Shown here piece after piece: positions 47,320 to 56,401 of a DNA stretch of 64,000 bases. Numbering within the stretch: the first letter of the stretch is position 1; the number at the start of each line of letters is the position of its first letter. Made by a program: the position numbers and the translations under genes. Origin of the DNA: Candidatus Levybacteria bacterium RIFCSPHIGHO2_01_FULL_41_15 (GTDB taxonomy: Bacteria; Patescibacteriota; Microgenomatia; Levybacterales; UBA12049); the NCBI GenBank assembly GCA_001782165.1, contig MFNV01000007.1, positions 15,449 to 79,448 of the forward strand, in the 5' to 3' direction. The notes under the pieces were generated by a model. The model ran no database searches. It saw nothing but the letters and a program-made list of their open reading frames with translations, and was not told the DNA's origin.

Positions 47320-47508
47320 ATGTGTTATAACTGCGGATGTGGTATGACCGACAATGATATGGGTAAAGGCAAACTTGCCCAAGGAGGCGGTTCTCTCACA
47401 GAGGATGACTTTAACCATATGGCAGAGAAATGGGACATGAGCGTTGAGGATGCTAAGAATAATACTTATCAGCTTCTTAAAAGACAGCTTGAGAAAGATA
47501 AAAGCTAG
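47320..47508 (+). CDS. small CxxCxC protein
   Basis: MCYNCGCG; strong SD AAGGGGGTGA upstream. Confidence 0.75.
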   Translation: MCYNCGCGMTDNDMGKGKLAQGGGSLTEDDFNHMAEKWDMSVEDAKNNTYQLLKRQLEKDKS

Positions 47509-47535
47509 GCTCTGTGATAAAATACCTCGTAATAT

Positions 47536-50439
47536 ATGAACGGAGAAAAAACTCTCAATAAGCAACAGCTTGAAGCTGTTAAATACGGTAGTGGACCTCT
47601 TTTGATAATTGCAGGAGCAGGAACCGGAAAGACTACGGTTATAACAGAAAGAATAAAACATCTTATTCTTAAAAAAAACGTTGCTCCATCTGAAATTTTG
47701 GCTCTTACTTTTACAGAAAAGGCGTCAAGAGAAATGGAAGAACGGGTAGATATGGCTCTCCCCTATGGCTTCACCCAAATGTGGATTTCCACTTTCCATT
47801 CTTTTTGTGATAGGATTCTTCGCGCAGAAGCTCTTTCAATCGGACTTAATCCCTCTTTTACTCTCCTTTCCGAAGCACAGTCCATTCTTTTTCTTAGGAA
47901 AAATTTTTTTTTATTTGATCTTGATTACTTCAGGCCCCTTGGCAACCCTGATAAGTTTTTAAGCGGTATGCTTTCGCATTTCTCAAGACTTAAAGATGAG
48001 GATATAACATGGGAACAATACCTTTCGTATGCACGGGGCCTAAAAATAAAAAATAAAGAAGAAATTAAGAAAACATTAGAGCTTGCAAGGGCATATAAAA
48101 TTTATGAGGAACTCAAAATAAAAGAGGGTGTGATGGATTTTGCCGATCTTATAACAAACACTTTAAAACTCCTAAGAACAAGAAAAACGATTCTTAAAAA
48201 TTATCAAGATCAATTCAGGTATATTTTGGTGGACGAATTCCAAGATACGAATTTTGCACAAAACGAATTGGCAATTCTTTTATCAGGAGAGAGAAAAAAT
48301 ATAACAGTAGTTGGAGATGACGATCAGGCAATCTATAGATGGCGAGGGGCTGCGATTGCCAACATTATTCAGTTTCGAAAATATTTTCCAAAAGCAAAGG
48401 TCATAACACTTACCAAAAACTACAGATCAACAGAGGAGATTCTCAACTCATCCTATAAACTCATTCAAAACAACAATCCGGACAGACTTGAAGTTAAGGA
48501 AAAGATAAACAAAAAACTCACTTCAGAAAGGAAAGTACGAGGAGATAAAGTTGAGTTTATATTTGAGAATAGAGTCGAGGAGGAAACAGACTCAGTAGCA
48601 AAAAAAATAAAAGAATTAGTTGCCAAAAAAAATCTTTTGTACAAAGATATAGCAATTCTGGTACGGGCCAATAGCCACTCACAACCCTTTACAAGAGCAC
48701 TGGAGCGAGCAAATATCCCCTATCAATTCCTAGGACCAGGACAGCTCTTCCATCAGGATGAAATTAAGAATCTTATCGCATATCTTAAGGTTCTTTATAA
48801 TTTTGAAGACTCCGTCTCTTTATACAGAGTTTTAAATATGCCGATCTTTGAACTTGAGGGAAGAGACATTGCGGCTATTTTAAACTTTGCGAGAAGAAAA
48901 AATCTTACTCTTTTTGAAGCTTTAGAAAATATTGACCAAGTTTTTCTAAAAGACGAGGAAAAGGACAAAATTAAAAATATAGAAAAAATGATTAAACGCC
49001 ACCTCAAATTGGTACCCAAAGAAACTGCGGGTCAAGTCCTGTACTATTTCATGAAGGACTCGGGTCTTCTTAAGAAATTTTCGGCAGTCAAATTGACCCG
49101 GGAGGAAAAGGAATATCAAAATATCGCAAAATTTTTTGATAAGCTCAAAACTTTTGAAGCGGGGAATCCCGATGCTTCTGTTTTTGCTATTGTTGATTGG
49201 ATTGATCTTTCTCTTGCGATGGGCGAAGGACCCCTTGCGCAAGACCTAGACTGGAGCGAGAATGATGCTGTAAATATACTGACAGTCCATTCCAGTAAGG
49301 GTCTTGAATTTAAAACTGTCTTTCTGGTAAATCTTGTTGTCGGCCGATTCCCTACAAGAGACCGGTCCGAACAAATTCCTATACCTTCGGATCTTATAAA
49401 AGAGGTGCTTCCTGAAGGAGACTACCATCTTGAGGAAGAAAGAAGACTTTTCTATGTAGGCATGACAAGAGCAAAAGATTATCTTCTCTTAACAGCCTCA
49501 AACTACTATGGTGAAGGGAAACGGGAACGCAAAGTTTCTCCTTTTGTGTATGAGGCTCTAGACAAAAATAAGCTTGATGAGATTGCAACACTATCTTCAA
49601 AAACAATCCCTCTTCAAATCTCTATGCTTGACTGGGATAAAAAAGATGAAAGAAAAAAGAGAAAGGCAGAAGATTTGTCAAAACAAATCTTATTCCCTAA
49701 TTCTTCAAATTATATTTCCTATTCTCAAATTCAGACATTTGATATTTGCCCTCTTCATTATAAATTAAGATATATACTTAAAATTCCAACACCCTCGTCT
49801 CCTGCCCAAAGTATAGGAACAAGTATTCATGCTGCTCTTCGGGATTTTTATCAAAGCTTAATAAACGGAAAAAATATAGAAATAAAAGATATCGAAAAAA
49901 TCCTAAAAAATGTCTGGATAAATGAAGGCTATTCAAGTAAAAGGCACGAGGAGAGGGCTTTTGCGAATGCAAAAAAAATTGCAGTAAATTATCTTAAAAA
50001 AAATTTTAACAGAAAAAAACTTCCTATCGCTTTGGAGCTCCCTTTTCAGTTTAATCTGAGAAATCTAAGGATTGGAGGAAGAATTGATCGCATAGATCTT
50101 ATTGATCAAGGAAAAATAGAGATAACGGATTATAAAACCGGAAGAAACATGCCTGATGAAAAGAAGCTTGAGAAAGATCTTCAGCTGACCTTTTATGCTT
50201 TGGCTGCAACAGAGGTCCGCGACAAAATACTAAGCAGAAAACCCGAGGATGTAATTCTTTCTCTTTATTTTTTGGAAGCTGGAAAAAAGTTAACAACGAC
50301 CAGGACCAAAGAACAATTAGAAAAGGCAAAAGAAGAAATATTAAGAAAAGCGGAAGAAATTGCCAAAAGTGAATTTATATGTTCAGGGAATTCTCTTTGT
50401 CTTACCTGCGAATACAAAATCCTCTGTAACGCCAATTAA
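47536..50439 (+). CDS. UvrD/PcrA-type SF1 helicase fused to a PD-(D/E)XK nuclease with Fe-S staple cysteines
   Basis: AGAGTGKT, VDEFQD, VGDDDQAIY, NYRS, HSSKGLEF, EERRLFYVGMTRA; ICP...GRIDRID..TDYKTG..QL..Y...CLTCEYKILC. Confidence 0.9.
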   Translation: MNGEKTLNKQQLEAVKYGSGPLLIIAGAGTGKTTVITERIKHLILKKNVAPSEILALTFTEKASREMEERVDMALPYGFTQMWISTFHSFCDRILRAEALSIGLNPSFTLLSEAQSILFLRKNFFLFDLDYFRPLGNPDKFLSGMLSHFSRLKDEDITWEQYLSYARGLKIKNKEEIKKTLELARAYKIYEELKIKEGVMDFADLITNTLKLLRTRKTILKNYQDQFRYILVDEFQDTNFAQNELAILLSGERKNITVVGDDDQAIYRWRGAAIANIIQFRKYFPKAKVITLTKNYRSTEEILNSSYKLIQNNNPDRLEVKEKINKKLTSERKVRGDKVEFIFENRVEEETDSVAKKIKELVAKKNLLYKDIAILVRANSHSQPFTRALERANIPYQFLGPGQLFHQDEIKNLIAYLKVLYNFEDSVSLYRVLNMPIFELEGRDIAAILNFARRKNLTLFEALENIDQVFLKDEEKDKIKNIEKMIKRHLKLVPKETAGQVLYYFMKDSGLLKKFSAVKLTREEKEYQNIAKFFDKLKTFEAGNPDASVFAIVDWIDLSLAMGEGPLAQDLDWSENDAVNILTVHSSKGLEFKTVFLVNLVVGRFPTRDRSEQIPIPSDLIKEVLPEGDYHLEEERRLFYVGMTRAKDYLLLTASNYYGEGKRERKVSPFVYEALDKNKLDEIATLSSKTIPLQISMLDWDKKDERKKRKAEDLSKQILFPNSSNYISYSQIQTFDICPLHYKLRYILKIPTPSSPAQSIGTSIHAALRDFYQSLINGKNIEIKDIEKILKNVWINEGYSSKRHEERAFANAKKIAVNYLKKNFNRKKLPIALELPFQFNLRNLRIGGRIDRIDLIDQGKIEITDYKTGRNMPDEKKLEKDLQLTFYALAATEVRDKILSRKPEDVILSLYFLEAGKKLTTTRTKEQLEKAKEEILRKAEEIAKSEFICSGNSLCLTCEYKILCNAN

Positions 50440-50443
50440 AAAA

Positions 50444-50753
50444 CTCCGGGGAGAGAGTAAGCCAGATTCTGTTTTTACCGCAATCTATCTATGCTCTCTA
50501 CTTGGTACTCCTGTAAGGAAAGTAATAACGTACCGTTCTGAGATTGCAGCGGGTAGGATTGTCGCGTTTCATACCCACTCGTCTCTGTGACTCTCAAGTC
50601 TTGTCAATTCAAGACCTGCTCTAAACTCCGCATGTGGGTAAAGAATTTAGAGACCGGTTTCCCGGAGCTTACGCTCCGTCCCCCTCCTTACTGCTGTCTG
50701 GACTTTCCTGTCGCCCTCGTAATGCTGGCGACTAGCGGTCCTTCTCCCCAGAG
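50444..50753 (-). ncRNA. rnpB: RNase P RNA
   Basis: Minus strand GGAAAGTCCAGAC and ACAGAATCTGGCTTA (P4), TGAAAC, terminal pairing CTCTGGGGAGA/TCTCCCCGGAG plus T tract; TGGTAAAAT upstream. Confidence 0.9.
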
Positions 50754-50793
50754 CACGAGTATTTTACCAAATTCGAGGTTTTCAATCAAGTTA

Positions 50794-51582
50794 TTAGCTG
50801 CTGGCACTTGAGTATCTCTTAAGGGAAAAGTTCCAGAATTTAAGATTTAAATATAGCAGCGTTATGCTTACAAAAATAGAAATTAAAATGAGATTGGGAG
50901 ACAAAAGTCCGATTGCCGCCTTGGCCGGGAATGTCACCATTATTCCAACTGGAATTACAAAAGTAATTATTGAGCGGAGGGGATTCTGGTAAATATCAAC
51001 AGGGAATCTGCCCATTTGAGTCAGATCTCTATAAAGCCAGAGAGTATTGTCGACTTCAGAGGTCAAAATTCCAATTGATAAAACAAAAATGTGGAAAGAA
51101 AGCGCAATTATAAGACCGTTGATAAGAAGAGCAAAATAGATAAGAATTGATAAAAAAGTTATAGAAGACAAATGAGTAAAACTTATGAATATAAAAATGA
51201 TGGATAAAAGGAGAATCGGAATATCCAAAGCGTCACTTCCTCCGAAAAGAAGCCGAAAAAGTACGGGCATGGGCTTTGTCAGAAAGTAATCAAAATCTCC
51301 TCTTATGACATAACTTCGGAATCTATAAACTTCCCGAAGGAAAAACTGAGCAAGGCTATCTACGAGGTTGAAGGTTATGTAAAAAAGAATAACCTCCCAA
51401 ATCGTATACCCTACGATTGCCTGAGTTCTTGAAGTTATTACCAAAAGGAAAAACATGAAAAATGAAAATCTTATAAGTTTTCCGATAATAAAAAGTATCG
51501 CACCAAACCTTGAGGCAAAGGCATTTTGCGATACCATAGTTGTCATCTTCCACCAAAGTTTTAGATATTTAGACAAATTCAT
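50794..51582 (-). CDS. ABC-2 family permease (DUF990-like)
   Basis: 6 TM, GDFDYFLTKP, RFPVDIY, RYSSASS. Confidence 0.85.
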   Translation of the reverse strand: MNLSKYLKLWWKMTTMVSQNAFASRFGAILFIIGKLIRFSFFMFFLLVITSRTQAIVGYTIWEVILFYITFNLVDSLAQFFLREVYRFRSYVIRGDFDYFLTKPMPVLFRLLFGGSDALDIPILLLSIIFIFISFTHLSSITFLSILIYFALLINGLIIALSFHIFVLSIGILTSEVDNTLWLYRDLTQMGRFPVDIYQNPLRSIITFVIPVGIMVTFPAKAAIGLLSPNLILISIFVSITLLYLNLKFWNFSLKRYSSASS

Positions 51583-52373
51583 TTTCCGTATGCAGCGTAT
51601 GTCTTAAGTCCTTTTTTCCAAACTATCTTAACAAGATAATACATTCCAAAAACCCATAATGAGGAAATAATAAGACCTTGTAAAACTTCGGAGAAAGCCA
51701 GCTGTCCAAGATAAATCTTAAGAGGGAAATACAAAAGATACGTAAAAGGAAGGAATTTCAAAATCGAAAATATTGCCTTGGGCAAAATATCAAGAGGAAA
51801 TAATGATCCTGAAAAAAATCCCAGGATTGTTATAAAGATAAATCTCGGTGCCCAGATTTCAGGGCTCCAAAATCCTACAAGACCCAAAAGAAAATTAATG
51901 AAAAAATATATAAAAAAAGCAAGAAATGCTGAAAATATAAAAAGGAAAATATAAAATAAATTCGTCTGGAAAAAAAGGGGAGGTTTTAAGATAATAAAAA
52001 TAAGAGAAATCTCAATAAGGGAAAAGACGACATTCATGGCTTTATCTCCCACGTCTTTTGCGAGCCAATACTTAAAATAATTTATCGGGCGTAAGAGAAA
52101 ATTCATTAAGTTTCCGCTGTTTATCTCCTCTCCCACCGCATAACTTCGCGACGATAAAACAATTGCGTCCAAAAGAGAAGTTCCCAATATATAAGTAAGC
52201 ATCGCAGGCTGATCGTATCCTAAAATAGTTTTATTTCCGGAGAGCACAACAAGCCACAGAAAATAAATAGTAAGGAGCTGAATAGTATTTCTTACCCGCC
52301 ACATGATAAAGCTTACCCTGTAGGTGAGAGTTTCATCCCATGTGTTTTTTGCAATAAGAAAATATTTTCTCAT
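51579..52373 (-). CDS. ABC-2 family permease (DUF990-like)
   Basis: TYRV, EINSGNL..FLLRP, SGSLFPLDILP. Confidence 0.85.
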   Translation of the reverse strand: MRKYFLIAKNTWDETLTYRVSFIMWRVRNTIQLLTIYFLWLVVLSGNKTILGYDQPAMLTYILGTSLLDAIVLSSRSYAVGEEINSGNLMNFLLRPINYFKYWLAKDVGDKAMNVVFSLIEISLIFIILKPPLFFQTNLFYIFLFIFSAFLAFFIYFFINFLLGLVGFWSPEIWAPRFIFITILGFFSGSLFPLDILPKAIFSILKFLPFTYLLYFPLKIYLGQLAFSEVLQGLIISSLWVFGMYYLVKIVWKKGLKTYAAYGK

Positions 52374-53350
52374 TTCCTTTTTTCCGTATAAACTTGCGCA
52401 ATTACATCTTCTACTTCGGGGTCTTCTATCGTGATGTCTTCAACATTGAAATTCTTAAGAATATTTGAAGAGACAGAATTAATTTTTTCATTCGGAACTT
52501 TTAATATAAGCAGCGGATACTCAAATTTGTCTATTTTTCCTAAGATGTCAACTTTTTTAGGATCTACATATTCCTTAAACAAAACTTTTATTTTCTTATA
52601 GGGAGCATATTTAGTAACAAGGGAGGAGAGCTGTCCATCAAAAACAATCTTCCCGAAATTTATAATAATTACTCTCCTGCAAAGCTCCTCAACATCACCC
52701 ATATAGTGGCTTGTCAAAACAATCGTGGCTTTAAAACGCATATTATATTCTTTGATAAATTCTCGCAAGTTTTTTTGCATTACAACATCAAGTCCTATGG
52801 TGGGCTCATCAAGAAAAAGAACTTTTGGAGAATGGATAAGGGAAGCTATCAACTCCATCTTCATTCGCTGCCCTAGTGAAAGTTTTTTTACAGGGGTCTT
52901 AAGAATTTTCTTTACATCCAAAAGTCTTGAAAGTTCATCTAAAACTTTATTATACTCACCATCTGGGACTGCGTATATTTCTTTATTAAGAAGAAAAGTA
53001 TCTATTGAGGGCAAATCCCACCACAGCTGATTTTTTTGCCCCATGACCAGTGAAATTGACTTGAGAAACTCAGGCTTTCTATTATATGGATTAAATCCAA
53101 GAACACGAATCTCTCCTTTTGTCGGATACAATAAACCCGAAAGGCACTTAAGAGTTGTTGTCTTACCTGCTCCATTGGGACCTATGAAACCAACGAGCTC
53201 TCCCTCATTAATTTTAAAGGATATATCATTCACCGCTTTGACGGTTTCATATTTTCTAGAAAACAGGGATTTTATTGATCCTGTTATCCCGGGTTCTTTT
53301 TGGTGAATTTGATAATATTTTGATAGGTGGAAAACCGAAATAACTGACAT
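52370..53350 (-). CDS. ABC transporter ATP-binding protein
   Basis: GPNGAGKTT, LSLGQRMK, LDEPTIGLD, TSHYM; start ATG 53350. Confidence 0.92.
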   Translation of the reverse strand: MSVISVFHLSKYYQIHQKEPGITGSIKSLFSRKYETVKAVNDISFKINEGELVGFIGPNGAGKTTTLKCLSGLLYPTKGEIRVLGFNPYNRKPEFLKSISLVMGQKNQLWWDLPSIDTFLLNKEIYAVPDGEYNKVLDELSRLLDVKKILKTPVKKLSLGQRMKMELIASLIHSPKVLFLDEPTIGLDVVMQKNLREFIKEYNMRFKATIVLTSHYMGDVEELCRRVIIINFGKIVFDGQLSSLVTKYAPYKKIKVLFKEYVDPKKVDILGKIDKFEYPLLILKVPNEKINSVSSNILKNFNVEDITIEDPEVEDVIAQVYTEKRK

Positions 53351-53480
53351 AAATCCTAAATCCAAATACTCAAATCCTAAATAAACTACAATCTAATAAA
53401 TTTAAAATCCAAAACTTTCTATGATTTTGAAATTTGAGTTTAGATATTATTTGGAATTTATAATTTTGGATTTGTGATTT
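53351..53480. repeat. AT-rich periodic tract forming a long imperfect hairpin
   Basis: AAATCC-type units in the first half, GGATTT-type units in the second half. Confidence 0.7.
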
Positions 53481-53497
53481 GATCAATTAATTATAGC

Positions 53498-53531
53498 AAA
53501 AAAGAAGCATCCGAACTTTCGGCATGCTTCT
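53498..53531 (-). terminator. intrinsic terminator of hup
   Basis: Minus strand AGAAGCATGCCGAAAGTTCGGATGCTTCT followed by a T run. Confidence 0.8.
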
Positions 53532-53561
53532 ATTTAATATTTAATCTTTAATATTTTATTG

Positions 53562-53834
53562 CTATCTGACTGCTCTTTTAAGAGTCTTACCGGGGGTAAA
53601 ACCTGGTGCTTTTCGTGAAGAAATTGTAATTTTTTCTCCAGTCTTTGGATTCCTTCCGATTCTTTCTACTCTATTTCGGATGCTGAAAGTTCCAAATCCG
53701 GTTATCACTACCTTTTCTCCCCTTTTTAAGGAATCCCGGATAGAAGTTATGAAGGCCTGAACAGCATCTCGGGATGCTTTATTGGTAAGGTTTGCTTTCT
53801 TGGCAACGATTTCAATGAGATCTCTTTTGGTCAA
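53562..53834 (-). CDS. hup: HU DNA-binding protein
   Basis: TKRDLI, GEKVVITGFGTF, GRNPKTGEKI, PGFTPGK; TTG start after SD-like GGGACGGTGA. Confidence 0.93.
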   Translation of the reverse strand: MTKRDLIEIVAKKANLTNKASRDAVQAFITSIRDSLKRGEKVVITGFGTFSIRNRVERIGRNPKTGEKITISSRKAPGFTPGKTLKRAVR

Positions 53835-53925
53835 AATTATCACCGTCCCTTCGGGCAAATGTTGTAAATTAGATTAAAAATACAATGAAAACGGAATACT
53901 GTCAAGTAGTCAAACTATAACAATT

Positions 53926-55188
53926 TTAGGATTCTGACTGAGAAGATATTGCGCGGAATTCTCTTATCGCTGTCACTTTTACCTCCCCCGGGACTGCAAG
54001 AGATTTGGTAACTTCTTCTCTTATTTTGTGCGCAAGAAGGGTGGCTTGAGCATCATCAAGTTTCCCGGGATCAATTATTACTCGCAGTTCTCTTCCGGCT
54101 TCAAAAGCATAAGCCTCCTGAACACCTTCATATTTTTTGGCTATTTCCTCCATTTCCGTAAGTCTTTTTGCATATTCTTCAACATCCTCATATCTTGCTC
54201 CCGGTCTTGCTCCCGAAATGGCGTCTGCTATATACACAATAACTGATTCTAAAGATGAAAAAGGTTTGTCCTCATGATGCTCTAAAACACAATTAACAAT
54301 GGGCTCTGGAATGTTGAATCTTTTAAGAAGATCTGCTCCCAACTTTACATGACTTCCTTCACCTTCAACAACCTTTCCTATATCGTGGAAAAGACAACCA
54401 AGGCGGACAATATTTACGTTTGCTCCTATTTCGTGGGCAATATGAACGCCTATTTTTGTTTCCTCAAGAGTATGAACCACAAGATTTTGGCCGTAGGAAG
54501 TTCGGAATTTAAATCGCCCCAGAATCTGAATCAGTTCTTTGGGAAGATTAAAAACTCCAACTTCATGAGAAAGGCGCTCTCCTTCCTCAAACATAATTTT
54601 TTCTACTTCTTTTTTTGTCTGAGCAACTATTTCCTCTATTCGGAAAGGCTGGATTCTTGTGTCCTTTATAAGTTTTTCCAAAGATCTTCTTGCGATCTCC
54701 CGTCTTACCTGATCAAATGAGGAAAGCCTTATGGTTCCTTCCTCATCCAAATCTACATCAACGCCTGTTACCTGTTCAAAAGCTCTGATGTTTCTTCCTT
54801 CTTTTCCAATAATTCTTCCTTTTATGTCTTCGTCGGGAATCTTAACTGTTGATAAAGTATACTCCGCAACATAGCTTATGGCTCCATGCCTCATACTATC
54901 CGCCAAAATTTCCTGGGCTTTTTTATCTGCCGTCCTCTTGGCTTCTTCTTCTTTCTCTTTTATAAGACGGGCGGAAATCTGAGCCTCTTTTTCCTCAACT
55001 TCTTTTAGAAGCTGCTTCTTTGCTTCCTCAGTCGTCAAAGAGGAGACCTTTGATAGTTTTTCCCTGTATTCTTCTTTAATTTTTAAGAGGTCCTTCTTCT
55101 CTTTCTCAAGAGCTTCCTTCTCCTTCTCAAGTCTTTCTTGCCTCTCAAGAAGTTTTTTTTCAAGCTGTATCAAATCCTGTTGTGCCAT
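53926..55188 (-). CDS. rny: ribonuclease Y, no N-terminal TM helix
   Basis: KH motif KGRIIGKEGRNIR, RTSYGQN, HD motif HDIGK, ADAISGARPGAR, AGRELRV. Confidence 0.95.
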   Translation of the reverse strand: MAQQDLIQLEKKLLERQERLEKEKEALEKEKKDLLKIKEEYREKLSKVSSLTTEEAKKQLLKEVEEKEAQISARLIKEKEEEAKRTADKKAQEILADSMRHGAISYVAEYTLSTVKIPDEDIKGRIIGKEGRNIRAFEQVTGVDVDLDEEGTIRLSSFDQVRREIARRSLEKLIKDTRIQPFRIEEIVAQTKKEVEKIMFEEGERLSHEVGVFNLPKELIQILGRFKFRTSYGQNLVVHTLEETKIGVHIAHEIGANVNIVRLGCLFHDIGKVVEGEGSHVKLGADLLKRFNIPEPIVNCVLEHHEDKPFSSLESVIVYIADAISGARPGARYEDVEEYAKRLTEMEEIAKKYEGVQEAYAFEAGRELRVIIDPGKLDDAQATLLAHKIREEVTKSLAVPGEVKVTAIREFRAISSQSES

Positions 55189-55196
55189 AATCTTTG

Positions 55197-55344
55197 GAGA
55201 CAATAGAAGCAAAAACCAAGTAAGACTGGCTTTATTTTAGCTTTGAAACTTTGTCTAAGGGGTTTATTTTCATTAAATTTGTAAACCTCTTTATTCTCGC
55301 CAAAACCCTTTGGGCAAGGCGGATAAACAATTTCCTATTGCCTC
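55197..55344 (-). ncRNA. candidate structured RNA / rny 5' leader
   Basis: Starts ~6 nt after TGGTATAAT; 12-bp closing stem GAGGCAATAGGA/TTCTATTGTCTC with three internal hairpins. Confidence 0.45.
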
Positions 55345-55432
55345 TTCTAAATTATACCACAAATTAACAACTGGCTACTGGCGACTAGCAATTGGCTTTA
55401 AATCGTCACTCCGCAGACTGAATGCATAGATT

Positions 55433-55520
55433 AATTTAAAATTTAAAATTTTTAATGAAATCTAAATGTTTAAAAATTAAATGATTTAAAAATTCATTTC
55501 AAATTAAAAATTGAAAATTA
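55433..55520. repeat. ~90-bp AT-rich hairpin element, copy 2
   Basis: Aligns with the reverse complement of 14907-15000. Confidence 0.7.
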
Positions 55521-55994
55521 CTGTAGTTCTTTAAAAATCTCTTTGATTATATCGTAGTTAAACCCTTTTGATGCAAGGAATCTTGAAATCTTTTGAAATT
55601 TTTCTTCCCGCGGCAACCCCTTATATTTATTTAATTTTTTCTCAATCAACTTCTTCGCCGAACTTAAATCGTCAATCATCAATCGTAAATCGTCAATGAC
55701 TTGATCTATTAATTCGGTACTAATTCCTTTTTGTCTAAGTTCGATCTTAATCAAACGCAAGGCTCTTGGCCTAAACTTTGTTCTCTGCTCAATCCACCAC
55801 CTCACAAACTCCTCATCATTAAGAAAGTTTTTCTCCTTAAGTTTCCTAATTATTGATTCTATAATTTTATCGTCATTTTTGATTTTTGATTTTTGATTTT
55901 TGATTTTTAAATAGTCTCTTATCTCTTTCTCCGAACGAGGTCTATAGGAGAGAAATTTCAGTACCTTGTTATAAAACTTTTCAAACCCATCCAT
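55518..55994 (-). CDS. recX: regulatory protein RecX
   Basis: FLSYRPRSEKE, FLNDEEF, ELRQKGI, RFLASKGF; downstream of recA. Confidence 0.92.
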   Translation of the reverse strand: MDGFEKFYNKVLKFLSYRPRSEKEIRDYLKIKNQKSKIKNDDKIIESIIRKLKEKNFLNDEEFVRWWIEQRTKFRPRALRLIKIELRQKGISTELIDQVIDDLRLMIDDLSSAKKLIEKKLNKYKGLPREEKFQKISRFLASKGFNYDIIKEIFKELQ

Positions 55995-56006
55995 TTATCG
56001 AATGCA

Positions 56007-56399
56007 TTATCGGTGGCGCAAACGTCTTACAAATTCTTCTTTTGTATCATATTGTACAAACTCAACCCAGTAACCTACGCTACCCTCTAAAACTACCGTT
56101 TCTCCTTGTATTGCTTTTTCAGGATCTATTGCGATTCCTCGTCCTCTTTCAAATCCTTCCGCTATTAGTTCTTGACTTGGAACATAAGCCGTTGCTTTTT
56201 CGCCAGGATTTGCAATTTCAACCTGTAGCATTTGCCTCCTTTTCCTAAGAAATCTTTTTCTTTCATAAGCAACAACAAGATCCACCGACTCTGCGGGCTC
56301 TCTTCCGTCAACTCCCATCTTTTCAGGAAAAGACAAATGTTGAACTCTTACAGTATTTGAGTCAATTCGAACATTAAGTTTTCTTTCTATTTGAGGCAT
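56007..56399 (-). CDS. hypothetical protein
   Basis: 130-aa ORF exactly filling the recA-recX gap. Confidence 0.6.
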   Translation of the reverse strand: MPQIERKLNVRIDSNTVRVQHLSFPEKMGVDGREPAESVDLVVAYERKRFLRKRRQMLQVEIANPGEKATAYVPSQELIAEGFERGRGIAIDPEKAIQGETVVLEGSVGYWVEFVQYDTKEEFVRRLRHR

Positions 56400-56401
56400 A
56401 G

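Noticed and set aside
50360-50811. Plus-strand ORFs of 76 and 74 aa
   Set aside because: They overlap rnpB on the opposite strand.
55197-55344. Firm call as 6S RNA
   Set aside because: Hand folding gives a multibranch structure, not a rod with a central bubble; kept only as a candidate RNA.
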